A DNA stretch of 64,000 bases from a virus. The stretch covers positions 32,001 to 96,000 of the IMG/VR virus record IMGVR_UViG_3300028840_004184. The stretch is one strand, 5' to 3'. This document shows positions 41,753 through 50,911 of this stretch, one piece after another. Under the pieces are notes generated by a model. The model had not been told where the DNA came from and ran no database searches. It worked only from the letters and a program-made list of their open reading frames with translations. Every line of letters starts with the position of its first letter. The stretch's first letter is position 1. The translations under genes were made by a program, and so were the position numbers.

Positions 41753-41765
41753 GTGTAGTTACTCC

Positions 41766-42737
41766 TTAAGTAAAATAGTTTGTAAATTTATTAGACCAAT
41801 AACTGATTATATTATGTATAAATGTTATATTGCTGTGTTGTGATGGTATCACTTGAATCGGTGCTGTTTTTAATACCGACCTTTTAATAAGTGGTCCCAT
41901 CTCATCCCAAAAATGTGATAGTGCCCTTTTCACAACGGAGTTTTTCGTATATTTACTCATTTTGAATTTAGCTACCTTCCATAATTCTTTTTGTTGATAG
42001 GCAGATAATTCAAAGATCTTAGATGGGAAAAATTGTTCCGTTTCTGGTGGGATTATAATGCTTTGTCTTATAGCATGTTTTAGCAACCTTGTCCATACCT
42101 TTGGTTCTCGCGTTTTTTTTGTTGGTAATGAAGGTGTCAAGAACGCCTTTCTGTGTTGGGTAAATCTGTAAAATTCTGTCGTACTTATTTTAGTTTCGTT
42201 TTCATCTATTCCCACTTGGCAAAAATTCCAGTCGAAACCTTGTAGAATTTTTAATGGATCATTTATGTTATCCACATTCATAAATATAAGTTGTATTTTT
42301 TTGTCCCATTTTGTGTCTATGTATTGATACTCAAATATAGCAGCAATGTTATGTTTTGATGATTTGAAGTGCTTGAGTTTGAGAGCCTGTTTCTTGGTTT
42401 GCCCGATAGCTTTAAAGTTTCCTTTAGGGTTTACAAGTTTGTCTATTACATTATCCGTGATATTATTACTAAGGGGCACGAATACATCAACATCACCATA
42501 ATTATTTGTGTATCCTTCCGCAAACAATCCAGCACCACCGGCTATTAAGAATGGATGACCGTGCTGTATACGGGTATCAATAAAACCCATAACCCTGTTA
42601 AATACAGTGTTCCTGTCATAAGACGATATATTCTGTGTAGGTTCGATAATAACATGTCCTGATGGCGGATCACATACATCACACACCCAGTTTACAAGAA
42701 GCTGAGTCATTTTGTTATTACATTTGGGACATTTCAT
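41766..42737 (-). CDS. nucleotidyltransferase-like protein with N-terminal zinc ribbon
   Basis: IAGGA...GDVDVF, IQLIF, FDWNFCQVG (Pol-beta / CCA-enzyme head-type motifs). Confidence 0.7.
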   Translation of the reverse strand: MKCPKCNNKMTQLLVNWVCDVCDPPSGHVIIEPTQNISSYDRNTVFNRVMGFIDTRIQHGHPFLIAGGAGLFAEGYTNNYGDVDVFVPLSNNITDNVIDKLVNPKGNFKAIGQTKKQALKLKHFKSSKHNIAAIFEYQYIDTKWDKKIQLIFMNVDNINDPLKILQGFDWNFCQVGIDENETKISTTEFYRFTQHRKAFLTPSLPTKKTREPKVWTRLLKHAIRQSIIIPPETEQFFPSKIFELSAYQQKELWKVAKFKMSKYTKNSVVKRALSHFWDEMGPLIKRSVLKTAPIQVIPSQHSNITFIHNIISYWSNKFTNYFT

Positions 42738-42943
42738 TCGCTTAATCGCCGCGAAGGCTTACTCCATTTATTAAGTCTTTCAAGACATTCTACACAGTCT
42801 GGTTTTCTATATTTATAACCCCATGGCATTATTACTACGTGTTCACATAATGTATGTACGTTATCTATTTCATTACTGGGTTTTTGGTTGTTTTTTGTGG
42901 CACAAAACCCGTTACTATGTTCGACGCACCATACTTTTTTCAT
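42734..42943 (-). CDS. small Cys-rich hypothetical protein
   Basis: coupled overlaps on both sides. Confidence 0.5.
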   Translation of the reverse strand: MKKVWCVEHSNGFCATKNNQKPSNEIDNVHTLCEHVVIMPWGYKYRKPDCVECLERLNKWSKPSRRLSE

Positions 42944-43317
42944 TGTAATTTCTTTTTCTTATATGGTATAACATAACCACTACTATGTATTGCGAGTAAG
43001 TCACCCGTCTTTATAGGACCAGAAGCAGACACTTGGAATGTTGCTCCTCTTGCTGTGCCGCCAGTCATCATCACGAGCACCGTGTGGTCTTCTGGGTCAG
43101 GAGCAGACACTGCAATACCAATAGGTATCTGTTTATCATCGGCATATTCCCACCCGTTCCATTGATCGTCTTGTGGGAAAACACACTCATCTTCGGTTGA
43201 TGGCTCTTTGTTGTTAGCAGTCTTTTTCTTTTTAGTATTGTCAGACGGATTACAGTTTTCGCAAACCCAGGATGTTAATAACTGTATCATGGGCTTTTTA
43301 CATTTGGGACAATTCAA
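42940..43317 (-). CDS. hypothetical protein with N-terminal zinc ribbon
   Basis: CPKC..M.QLLTSWVCENC shared with 42737 and 52276. Confidence 0.55.
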   Translation of the reverse strand: MNCPKCKKPMIQLLTSWVCENCNPSDNTKKKKTANNKEPSTEDECVFPQDDQWNGWEYADDKQIPIGIAVSAPDPEDHTVLVMMTGGTARGATFQVSASGPIKTGDLLAIHSSGYVIPYKKKKLQ

Positions 43318-43320
43318 CCT

Positions 43321-43722
43321 TTAGTCACCCTCTTTCTTTTTCTGTTTTTTGAGTTTTTCCAGCACCTCGGGCGAGGCATTAATTCTACGATAATCAAAGC
43401 CACCATCAAGAGACAGGTTTTGGCATTTGCATGTTTGGTAGTCGTGTCTATGTAACGAATGTATAGTTTTTTTACATTCCGGACATTTTATTTTCGGTGC
43501 TTTGTTTTCGTCAATAATATTTTTCTTCAACATGTTAGACGGTAAAGTTAGTGGTAGGGCCATGCCTCCATAGACTGAAAAATGTCTATAGCGTTTATGT
43601 AGCCATCCGAATGACTGTCTACATTCACAATAAACTTTACGTCGTTGAAGTTTTTTGATGTCCCGGCATCTGGGACAATATATAAAGACATATTTGTACC
43701 AATCTTTTTCGTTATATTCCAT
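43321..43722 (-). CDS. phage zinc-finger protein
   Basis: CPEC...S.HRHDYQTCKC...DGG.DY motif, duplicated degenerately at N-terminus. Confidence 0.6.
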   Translation of the reverse strand: MEYNEKDWYKYVFIYCPRCRDIKKLQRRKVYCECRQSFGWLHKRYRHFSVYGGMALPLTLPSNMLKKNIIDENKAPKIKCPECKKTIHSLHRHDYQTCKCQNLSLDGGFDYRRINASPEVLEKLKKQKKKEGD

Positions 43723-44461
43723 TAGCTATATCCACGTATTGTTTACTTATATCAAAACCAAGCCATCTACGGTTTAGTTTTTTCGCTACCTTAAGAGTTG
43801 TTCCAATACCACAAAAAGGATCGACAACAAGGTCACCAGCATAACTAAGCATTTGTATAAGCCTATAAGGCAATTCTTCTGGGAAAACGGCAGGATGTAC
43901 CTCGTGTTTAACTCCTGGAAACTTCCATATGCCATTAGAAAACTTAACAAACTCTTCTTTTGAAACAGTTATTTTTTCTTTATCACCTTCCTTGCGATGT
44001 GTTTTGTGTGCAAACACCAGTATGTATTCAAACGGTCTAGGGAAAGACGGGTTAAGAGGAGATTGGAACGATCCCCACGCCGTTCTATTGCTTGTACTCC
44101 CTTTGTCCCACAAAATAATTGTTACAGGGAGAAATCCCAGATTGTCAGTCATTCTCTGTATAATGTCAGAATGAGTGGGGACCTTCCCGTTTTTGCCGTC
44201 TCCTATATTGATGCAAACCCTAGCACCGTCTTTTAAAAGAGGCATAAGGCGAACCATTTTCATCATTAACCACTCTATATAGTCTTTGTGATCTTTATTG
44301 TCGTTATATAGATCATAGGGACGCTTATTGTATTTGTTGTTTCCCAAGTTAATGTTGTATGGTGGAGAGCAAATAACCATATCTATTATCGGGTCTTTTA
44401 CGTACTTATTTATATTAATACAATCATCACATATGGCTTTATTAATTATGTTTTTATGCAT
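43712..44461 (-). CDS. DNA methyltransferase (N4-C/N6-A, beta class)
   Basis: SPPY before HPAVFP and DPFCGIGTT. Confidence 0.92.
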   Translation of the reverse strand: MHKNIINKAICDDCININKYVKDPIIDMVICSPPYNINLGNNKYNKRPYDLYNDNKDHKDYIEWLMMKMVRLMPLLKDGARVCINIGDGKNGKVPTHSDIIQRMTDNLGFLPVTIILWDKGSTSNRTAWGSFQSPLNPSFPRPFEYILVFAHKTHRKEGDKEKITVSKEEFVKFSNGIWKFPGVKHEVHPAVFPEELPYRLIQMLSYAGDLVVDPFCGIGTTLKVAKKLNRRWLGFDISKQYVDIANGI

Positions 44462-44951
44462 TTTTATACACTTTATAGTTTTTGTTTTTGAGTATTTTTT
44501 TCATTATATTTGTGGATCTGGTTACCCATTGCCAATTACGTGGTATATTTTTCCCACCACGAGATTTAGGGATTATATGATCTACGGTAGCGTCGAAACC
44601 TAATTCAAGTTTTTCATTTGTATAAGCACATTGATAGTTTTGTTTTTCAAGAATATTTTGTAAATCTTTCCAGTGTTTATTGGTGCCTGTAATTTTGTAT
44701 GACTTAGTTTTAAGCCAACATATTTCACACTTTACGCCAACGATAGCTTGACAACCACAATAGGGACATAGCCCAGATTGTTTCCGCTGATGTTTTGTCT
44801 TGAGTTTAAGTTTCGCGGCTCTCTTTTTATTTAATTTATACCATGGATCACCACCATGTTTTCTGCGATATGCTCTCCTACAGGCATTTATTTTGTCTTT
44901 ATTTTGCTCTCTGTACACACGAAGGTATTCTTTTCGTTCTTGACGATTCAT
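44454..44951 (-). CDS. HNH endonuclease
   Basis: QNYQCAYT, VDHIIPKSRGG.N...N.QWV. Confidence 0.85.
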   Translation of the reverse strand: MNRQERKEYLRVYREQNKDKINACRRAYRRKHGGDPWYKLNKKRAAKLKLKTKHQRKQSGLCPYCGCQAIVGVKCEICWLKTKSYKITGTNKHWKDLQNILEKQNYQCAYTNEKLELGFDATVDHIIPKSRGGKNIPRNWQWVTRSTNIMKKILKNKNYKVYKNA

Positions 44952-45361
44952 GGCAGAACAATTCCCCCACCAGTTTCTTCGTTAGGGAGAATGATACCTT
45001 TGCCATGTTTCTTTTCCATCATACGTAAGCATACTTTTAATATATGGGCGGGGGCTTTTTTGTCTTGTTCAGCGATGTGCCCTATTAATGACAATATAAC
45101 GGCTACGTGTTTATCAAGATAGCTTTGGAATAGAACTTGGCTTAGCTCAGTTTTGCTTTTTATTTCTTCTTTGAGTATAACACCTTCTTGTATAGTCCAT
45201 TCATCTATAACTTGTTCAATAGCAATAGCTAATGCACGAAGTGTGTTCACACGAGATATATTTTCGTGTTGATATAGGATATAAACTATTTGTTGAACTG
45301 CTGATTTTATTAAATCTAGATCTTGTTCTGTTGGCTCTTCTTTAAAGGCTTCCATGCTCAT
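44948..45361 (-). CDS. hypothetical protein
   Basis: GGAG RBS, coupled overlaps. Confidence 0.55.
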   Translation of the reverse strand: MSMEAFKEEPTEQDLDLIKSAVQQIVYILYQHENISRVNTLRALAIAIEQVIDEWTIQEGVILKEEIKSKTELSQVLFQSYLDKHVAVILSLIGHIAEQDKKAPAHILKVCLRMMEKKHGKGIILPNEETGGGIVLP

Positions 45362-45888
45362 TTGGTGCTCCCGTATATTTCTTGAAACGCTTCTTCCCGA
45401 GTAATTTCGCCCTTCTTATGTCTGATCGCTTGTTCTTTTTTCATGCGAAATCTTTGTCCTGTGGCTTCTGTAAATTCTTTGATGTTTGAATACACAGTGT
45501 CGTTTTCTGAAGTATCAGATTCTTTTGCTTTTTCGCGACGGAACTGGATGCATTTTTGTCGTATGCGGCCCTGCTCTTTTCTGATATACACTATTTTTTC
45601 TTCACAGTCATTTCTTTTACTTAGGACTGGATGAAATTCTATGGCCATGCGTACTATCATACTTGATTTATGTTCTCTAAGTATTTGTATTATATCCATT
45701 TCTGCACCGCATGTTCGATGATCGATCATGAGCATTTTACGCATAAAATGTTTAAAAAGTTCTCCTTGAAAATGATTGGTTTGACCATTTTCTTGGGTTG
45801 TAAAAGGATAAGAGCCATGAAAGTTCTTAAGAAAGTCGTACAAAAGAAGATAAAGATCTTTGTCGCTTAATTTAAGCTTGTCTGTCAT
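45358..45888 (-). CDS. hypothetical protein
   Basis: start moved to ATG 45888 because the ORF-track TTG is the -35 box; C-terminal motif shared with 23543. Confidence 0.55.
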   Translation of the reverse strand: MTDKLKLSDKDLYLLLYDFLKNFHGSYPFTTQENGQTNHFQGELFKHFMRKMLMIDHRTCGAEMDIIQILREHKSSMIVRMAIEFHPVLSKRNDCEEKIVYIRKEQGRIRQKCIQFRREKAKESDTSENDTVYSNIKEFTEATGQRFRMKKEQAIRHKKGEITREEAFQEIYGSTK

Positions 45889-45922
45889 TAGAATGTTCCT
45901 TTTTTTATTTTTTCCTTGACTT

Positions 45923-45951
45923 ATTCTATCCCATAAAGTATACTTTGTCAA
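45923..45951 (-). promoter_or_regulatory. sigma70-type promoter for leftward block
   Basis: TTGACA-17-TAGAAT on minus strand. Confidence 0.65.
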
Positions 45952-45990
45952 GTTGTTTTTTCTTTTTTTTACTATATGGAGGCCTTATAA

Positions 45991-46254
45991 ATGCCTTATA
46001 TTCCAGCCGAGCGTCGAGAAGAAAGATTTGATGAACACCTCGAAAGAATTCTTGAAGGTATTGAGGTCCAGGGCGATCTTACCTACTGTATCTATTGGTT
46101 GATGGTCAAGTGGGCTCGTTCTAAGCCTGGACGACCCAGCTATCATAATTATAGCCCATCCGGAGCAGCCTGTCAAGATGCAAATAGTGAATTTTACAGA
46201 AAGGAGATGATCCCTTTAGAAGATAATGCTATTGAGAGAAATGGAGATATTTAA
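45991..46254 (+). CDS. conserved phage hypothetical protein
   Basis: MPYI...G.L.Y...EFYR...P.ED.AI..NGD pattern; GGAGG RBS. Confidence 0.65.
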   Translation: MPYIPAERREERFDEHLERILEGIEVQGDLTYCIYWLMVKWARSKPGRPSYHNYSPSGAACQDANSEFYRKEMIPLEDNAIERNGDI

Positions 46255-46336
46255 TTTTGTATTGCATAAATGTGGTAATTCTGTGTGTTGCAATCCGAAA
46301 CATTTATTTTTAAGCAGGAAATCGACAAAAGATTAG
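46241..46336 (+). pseudogene. HNH endonuclease remnant
   Basis: 31-aa ORF containing VLHKCGNSVCCNPKHLFL (HNH_3-type core) only. Confidence 0.55.
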
Positions 46337-46343
46337 TGTATAT
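46333..46343 (+). promoter_or_regulatory. TTAGTGTATAT motif
   Basis: exact copy upstream of protease gene. Confidence 0.5.
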
Positions 46344-46419
46344 ATAATTAAGGCAATTTGACAAAGAGCAAGTTACGAAAGCTATTGAACATATATAACA
46401 ACTATGAAGGAGGTGGGTC

Positions 46420-47202
46420 ATGTTCAAGAGTAGTATTGTAACGTGTGTTTTGTCCGTTTCTTATTGTCTTTTAACACTTCTCGGCTGTACCACATGCAAA
46501 AAGGATGTTTCCCCCTCTTTATTTCCGGAAGAACAAAGAATATCTAATATTTATGATCGTGTAGCCCGGTCTGTTGTTTTAATTAAAAACAAAAGAAAGC
46601 ATCCTACTATGGGTGTAGCTACGTACTGTATGGGTAGTGGATATGTTGTATCTTGTGGTATGGATAAAATTATTGTAACAAACTATCATGTTGTGGATTT
46701 AGCATATTCTGTTTGGGTAGTGATTAATGAACAAGAATGGGAAGCCGATTTCGTAGGCGGGGCTAAGTCTTGTGATATCGCAATTATTAGAATAAAAAAC
46801 CCAGCTATTTTGCAACACATGCCGTCTTTGACATTTGGCTCATCTGCTGACTTGAAGGTTGGCCAAGATGTTTATACTCTGGGTTACCCCTTTGCTTTGC
46901 CGTTAACTATGACAAGAGGTATAGTTAGTGGTTTGAATAGAAGGGTTTGTGTGGGTGACGATATCGATATGCATGGATGTATACAGATTGATAGTGCCGT
47001 CAATCCAGGCAGTTCTGGTGGTGCGGTTTTGAATAGTAGAGGAGAATTAATAGGTATGGCTACCATGATTATGTCTCGTGGAGGAGACTTTTGTGGGATA
47101 GCATTTGCCATTCCAAGTGATCTTATTCGTACTATTGTAGACTCTATTATGGAAGAATATAATAAAATGTTAATATTTTTTCATAATTCACTTGACTATT
47201 GA
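46420..47202 (+). CDS. HtrA/DegP-like trypsin serine protease without PDZ, exported
   Basis: TNYHVV, DIAII, GYPF, IQID..VNPGSSGG; signal/lipobox-like N-terminus. Confidence 0.92.
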   Translation: MFKSSIVTCVLSVSYCLLTLLGCTTCKKDVSPSLFPEEQRISNIYDRVARSVVLIKNKRKHPTMGVATYCMGSGYVVSCGMDKIIVTNYHVVDLAYSVWVVINEQEWEADFVGGAKSCDIAIIRIKNPAILQHMPSLTFGSSADLKVGQDVYTLGYPFALPLTMTRGIVSGLNRRVCVGDDIDMHGCIQIDSAVNPGSSGGAVLNSRGELIGMATMIMSRGGDFCGIAFAIPSDLIRTIVDSIMEEYNKMLIFFHNSLDY

Positions 47203-47278
47203 AAATAATATGTTATGGTAAAATAGTTATGGTGTGAGAAAAACATTTACACTTCGTGGTCTTAAGGGTAAATTGATT

Positions 47279-47620
47279 ATGTCACAGAATACAATGGATG
47301 ATTTCGATAAACTTTTTCCTGGCTTATCAGAAAAGATATTTGAGCAGTTTTACGGTGATGCTGATCATGGTATATTAATATGGAATAGAGAACAATTAGA
47401 CAGAGAAGGTTTCAACCATACGTTTTGTGCTGAAATAATATTACATGGGCAACATATTTATGTAAGCTGTCAAGACGGAAATTGGAATGGATCAGAGATA
47501 CTGGATTTTGAATGTTGTAAATTAGATAATCATCAAGAAAATATATGTCCATATTGTGGTGGACAAATAGAAACAATTATTGGAAACTTTAAAATATGTC
47601 AAAAGTGTGAGGATTGTTAA
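47279..47620 (+). CDS. hypothetical protein with C-terminal zinc ribbon
   Basis: CPYC...CQKC. Confidence 0.55.
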   Translation: MSQNTMDDFDKLFPGLSEKIFEQFYGDADHGILIWNREQLDREGFNHTFCAEIILHGQHIYVSCQDGNWNGSEILDFECCKLDNHQENICPYCGGQIETIIGNFKICQKCEDC

Positions 47621-47621
47621 T

Positions 47622-48902
47622 ATGAGAAATCTTGCTTCTATCCAGAAGATCAAAAGCCTTCAACCCATTGAAGGGGCTGATAAAATTGAAGTGGCTCGCG
47701 TTCTTGGTTGGGATGTTGTGGTAAAAAAGAATGAGTTTCAGCCTGGAGATCTCTGTGTCTATATTGAAATTGATTCTGTTCTACCATCGCGGGATGAGTT
47801 TAATTTTTTACTTAAGCTAACGGCTAAATGCTCTAATGACAATTGCCCAAATCGTTGGCAGGTTCCATATGATTTTAAGCTTATTGGTGGTCGTGTATAC
47901 TGCCCTAAGTGTGATAAGCTAAGCGAAGAGATCGAGGAGATTCCTGAAGTCAAGCAAGAAAAAATGAGACGTATTCGAACTATTAGGCTTCGCGGTCAGT
48001 TATCTCAGGGAATTGTTTTCCCATTGTCGATCTTGCCTAATAATGCCATGTGTTTTAAGAAAGATATGGTAGATACCGATGTTACTGAAGCCCTCGGTAT
48101 TAAGAAATATGAGCCCCCTATTGCTAGCGGCCCTGGTGGCCCCAATCGTAACAAGAGAACTAAGGGGAAGCGACCTATTTATGTACCACTGACTGACGAG
48201 ACCCGTGTACAGATCCTGGGTCCTGTTATCGAGAAATATCAAGGAACCGTGGGTTATATTAGTGAGAAACTGGACGGCTCTAGTTTCTCTGCTTCGCTCG
48301 TAGGAGGTAAGTACGAGGTATGTAGCCGGAATATGAATTTGGCAAAGCCCGGACTTCCTTGGTTACGCAGGTTATTGAATTGGTACTGGCAGTTGCGAAA
48401 CCGACAAGAAATGGTCCGTCATCCCGAAAGGGTAGACGCCTGGTGGTCTGTGGCCAATACTCTTGGTTTAAAAGAACGCATGCAAAAGTACTGTAAAAAT
48501 CATGGAATAAGAAATATTGTTTTACAGGCAGAATTAATAGGACCTAGAGTACAAGGAAACAAATACGCACTAGATGATTACGACCTTTACGTTTTTCAAA
48601 TTTATAATCCCGACACTGATAGTTATTTTAGTTTTATTGATTTTATTAATGCTGTTGAAGAAATGGGACTTAAAACTGTGCCAATTTTGAATGATAATTA
48701 TATTCTCGGTGGTGACAGTGATACTTTACTTCAGGTGGCGAAGGGCGATAGTGTATTAAACCCTAAAATTCCAAGGGAAGGCATAGTCTTCCGTCCATTA
48801 AAAGAAGTCTTGGTTACTTCTGGTATCGGTAGTAAGTTGCATCGAAGTAGATTAAGTTTTAAGGCAATCAATAATGATTTTCTACTAAGATATGGTGAAT
48901 AA
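47622..48902 (+). CDS. ATP-dependent RNA ligase (DRB0094/Rnl2-like)
   Basis: MR.LASI...IEGADKIE N-terminus, EKLDGSS motif I, REGIVF, SFKAIN. Confidence 0.92.
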   Translation: MRNLASIQKIKSLQPIEGADKIEVARVLGWDVVVKKNEFQPGDLCVYIEIDSVLPSRDEFNFLLKLTAKCSNDNCPNRWQVPYDFKLIGGRVYCPKCDKLSEEIEEIPEVKQEKMRRIRTIRLRGQLSQGIVFPLSILPNNAMCFKKDMVDTDVTEALGIKKYEPPIASGPGGPNRNKRTKGKRPIYVPLTDETRVQILGPVIEKYQGTVGYISEKLDGSSFSASLVGGKYEVCSRNMNLAKPGLPWLRRLLNWYWQLRNRQEMVRHPERVDAWWSVANTLGLKERMQKYCKNHGIRNIVLQAELIGPRVQGNKYALDDYDLYVFQIYNPDTDSYFSFIDFINAVEEMGLKTVPILNDNYILGGDSDTLLQVAKGDSVLNPKIPREGIVFRPLKEVLVTSGIGSKLHRSRLSFKAINNDFLLRYGE

Positions 48903-49479
48903 TATGGGGAAAATAATCCATGGGCACAGTTTACAAAATAATAAAACCTCTACTTATCAAATATGGAAATCTATGATAAAACGTTGTTCTAATTCTAATG
49001 ATAGGTATTATGCAAATTATGGTGGCCGTGGCATCAAAGTATGTCATCGATGGAAAAAGTTTGAAAATTTTCTAAAGGACATGGGTGAAAAACCCAATGG
49101 CATGACGCTCGATAGAATTGATAATAACGGGCATTACTGTATGGAAAATTGTCGATGGGCTACTAGAAAACAACAAATGAGAAATACTCGTAGAAATAGA
49201 TTAATTACTATAAATAATAAAACCAAGTGTTTGTCCGAATGGTGCGAAGAGTTATGTCTAAATTATCACAGAACCAAAAAAAGACTTAATCGTGGGTGGC
49301 CTGTAGAAGAGGCTTTTGATATAGTGCCACATAAAGTCTTGTGCCATAAATATTTTACGTGGCATAATCAAACACTAAATATGAGACAGTGGTGTAAAGT
49401 ATTAAACCTCAAATATACTACCGTGATGATGCGTATAAAAAGTGGGTGGTCTATCCCAAGAGCCTTAGGTTTACTATAA
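48892..49479 (+). CDS. HNH-type homing endonuclease
   Basis: YGGRGIKVC.RW..F.NF..DMG, LDRIDNNG.Y..ENCRWAT. Confidence 0.88.
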   Translation: MVNNMGKIIHGHSLQNNKTSTYQIWKSMIKRCSNSNDRYYANYGGRGIKVCHRWKKFENFLKDMGEKPNGMTLDRIDNNGHYCMENCRWATRKQQMRNTRRNRLITINNKTKCLSEWCEELCLNYHRTKKRLNRGWPVEEAFDIVPHKVLCHKYFTWHNQTLNMRQWCKVLNLKYTTVMMRIKSGWSIPRALGLL

Positions 49480-49522
49480 AAAATTTAAAGGAAAAAAATA
49501 ACTAACGAAGAGGGGGAAAACA

Positions 49523-49747
49523 ATGACAGCCAGCAGTTTCACCGTGAACTGTTTTCAATCGACGGCGACTAATGCCACCAAGTGTTCAAAATGTCACAGG
49601 CAATTGAAGAATAGTGAAAACTGCTGGGTTATTCAGTGCTGTATGTTTGACGAACGTATTTTTTCCTATTGGATCAATAATTATTGTTCAAGCAACCATA
49701 AAGTTTGTAAACAATGTATTGATGAAATACGGGATATATTTCAATAA
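49523..49747 (+). CDS. small zinc-finger protein
   Basis: CSKC...CKQC. Confidence 0.5.
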   Translation: MTASSFTVNCFQSTATNATKCSKCHRQLKNSENCWVIQCCMFDERIFSYWINNYCSSNHKVCKQCIDEIRDIFQ

Positions 49748-50097
49748 TGATTTACAATCATAGATGCCGTGTGTGTCCTAAATTTGTGTCTAGGGGTAAA
49801 AAATTCTGTAGCCCGAAGTGTGCGACAAAGTTTTATGCCTCGGGGGCTCTTAAGGAAAAAAGACAGCGGCTTGCAGCTAACGCAAGAAGAAACTTATCGG
49901 CAGCTACGAAAGCGTATTTCGCAAGATTATGTAGTAAAGAAGAGAGATTCTTCTGGAAAGAGCGACGATGTTCGAAATGTGGAGCAAGCGGTAAACGTAT
50001 GCATGTTATTCTTAAGAAGCCGTTCTGGCAAGGTGGACAATATACACCAGATAATATAAGATATTATTGTAGTAATTGTAATAAATGTAGTGTATAA
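49747..50097 (+). CDS. degenerate HNH-like zinc-finger protein
   Basis: KFCSPKC; CSKC...GG....NI...CSNC. Confidence 0.5.
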   Translation: MIYNHRCRVCPKFVSRGKKFCSPKCATKFYASGALKEKRQRLAANARRNLSAATKAYFARLCSKEERFFWKERRCSKCGASGKRMHVILKKPFWQGGQYTPDNIRYYCSNCNKCSV

Positions 50098-50106
50098 TAG
50101 ATGAAT

Positions 50107-50179
50107 AGCGGGGAGGATGGGTATCCCGGCAGGGCTCATATCCCTGTTCTTGCAGGCTCGACTCCTGCCCCCGCTACCA
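50107..50179 (+). tRNA. tRNA-Met(CAT), initiator-like
   Basis: AGCGGGG/CCCCGCT acceptor, GGG/CCC anticodon stem, CTCATAT loop, encoded CCA; short D-arm. Confidence 0.8.
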
Positions 50180-50240
50180 TAAATATTTTCTCCTTAGGGA
50201 GTTGTGTTCTCTGCCTATGGCAGATAATCTAAAAAGGTTT

Positions 50241-50274
50241 CCGCTGAACCCGCCTGGCGAATCAGCGGTTTTTT
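50241..50274 (+). terminator. intrinsic terminator between the two CAT tRNAs
   Basis: CCGCTGA...TCAGCGG followed by T6. Confidence 0.6.
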
Positions 50275-50278
50275 ATTT

Positions 50279-50355
50279 GGACCCGTAGCTCAGTTGGTGA
50301 GAGCACTCGCCTCATAAGCGATAGGTCCTTGGTTCAAGTCCAAGCGGGTCCACCA
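50279..50355 (+). tRNA. tRNA(CAT), probably Ile2 (lysidine type) or elongator Met
   Basis: canonical cloverleaf, GGACCCG acceptor, CTCATAA loop, CCA. Confidence 0.9.
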
Positions 50356-50444
50356 CCTCAAACGGCAATAGCCTTAGTTTTACATTGGAGTATGAATTAA
50401 TGCATTTACCAGTTGGATAAGACTTATTAAGGACATAAAACATA

Positions 50445-50660
50445 ATGAGTGAAGAACTAATACGCAAGATAGAGGAAGAGTGGGATCAGCCGCAACCAAT
50501 GCAGTGCCCGGATTGTGGAAATTTTGTCATGGTTTCTCCAGAAGATTTGCTGGTACCAGTTGAGGATTTGTGTGAATGCTGCTTCAGATATAATGAAGAA
50601 TGTATCAGAGAACACGAAACTATGCACAGCGACCGACTATTCGACGATGATTTATGGTAA
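50445..50660 (+). CDS. small acidic zinc-finger protein
   Basis: CPDC...CECC; AAGGA RBS. Confidence 0.55.
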   Translation: MSEELIRKIEEEWDQPQPMQCPDCGNFVMVSPEDLLVPVEDLCECCFRYNEECIREHETMHSDRLFDDDLW

Positions 50661-50678
50661 TTTTTTCGAAAAAATAAC

Positions 50679-50707
50679 TTGACTTTTCGTAAGGTTTAGA
50701 GTATTAT
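50679..50707 (+). promoter_or_regulatory. sigma70-type promoter of tRNA array leader
   Basis: TTGACT-17-TATTAT with A-rich UP region. Confidence 0.7.
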
Positions 50708-50830
50708 ATATATACACGGGGTTATTCCCGATCTTACTATAGTTTGTGGGATTGTGACAGTTTGACTCAATTCCACTAAATAGTAGAACACGCATATAGC
50801 GTAGTTATTTCATAGGTTATGGAGAATAAA

Positions 50831-50911
50831 ATGTTTCTCGCAGAGCGACCATCTAGTTTGTCACATTTATGGACACCGGCATACGGCATCGAAGGAGCCG
50901 ATACGGGATAG
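50831..50911 (+). CDS. putative attenuator leader peptide MFLAERPSSLSHLWTPAYGIEGADTG
   Basis: GGAG RBS 6 nt upstream; stop codon directly adjoins antiterminator strand. Confidence 0.65.
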   Translation: MFLAERPSSLSHLWTPAYGIEGADTG

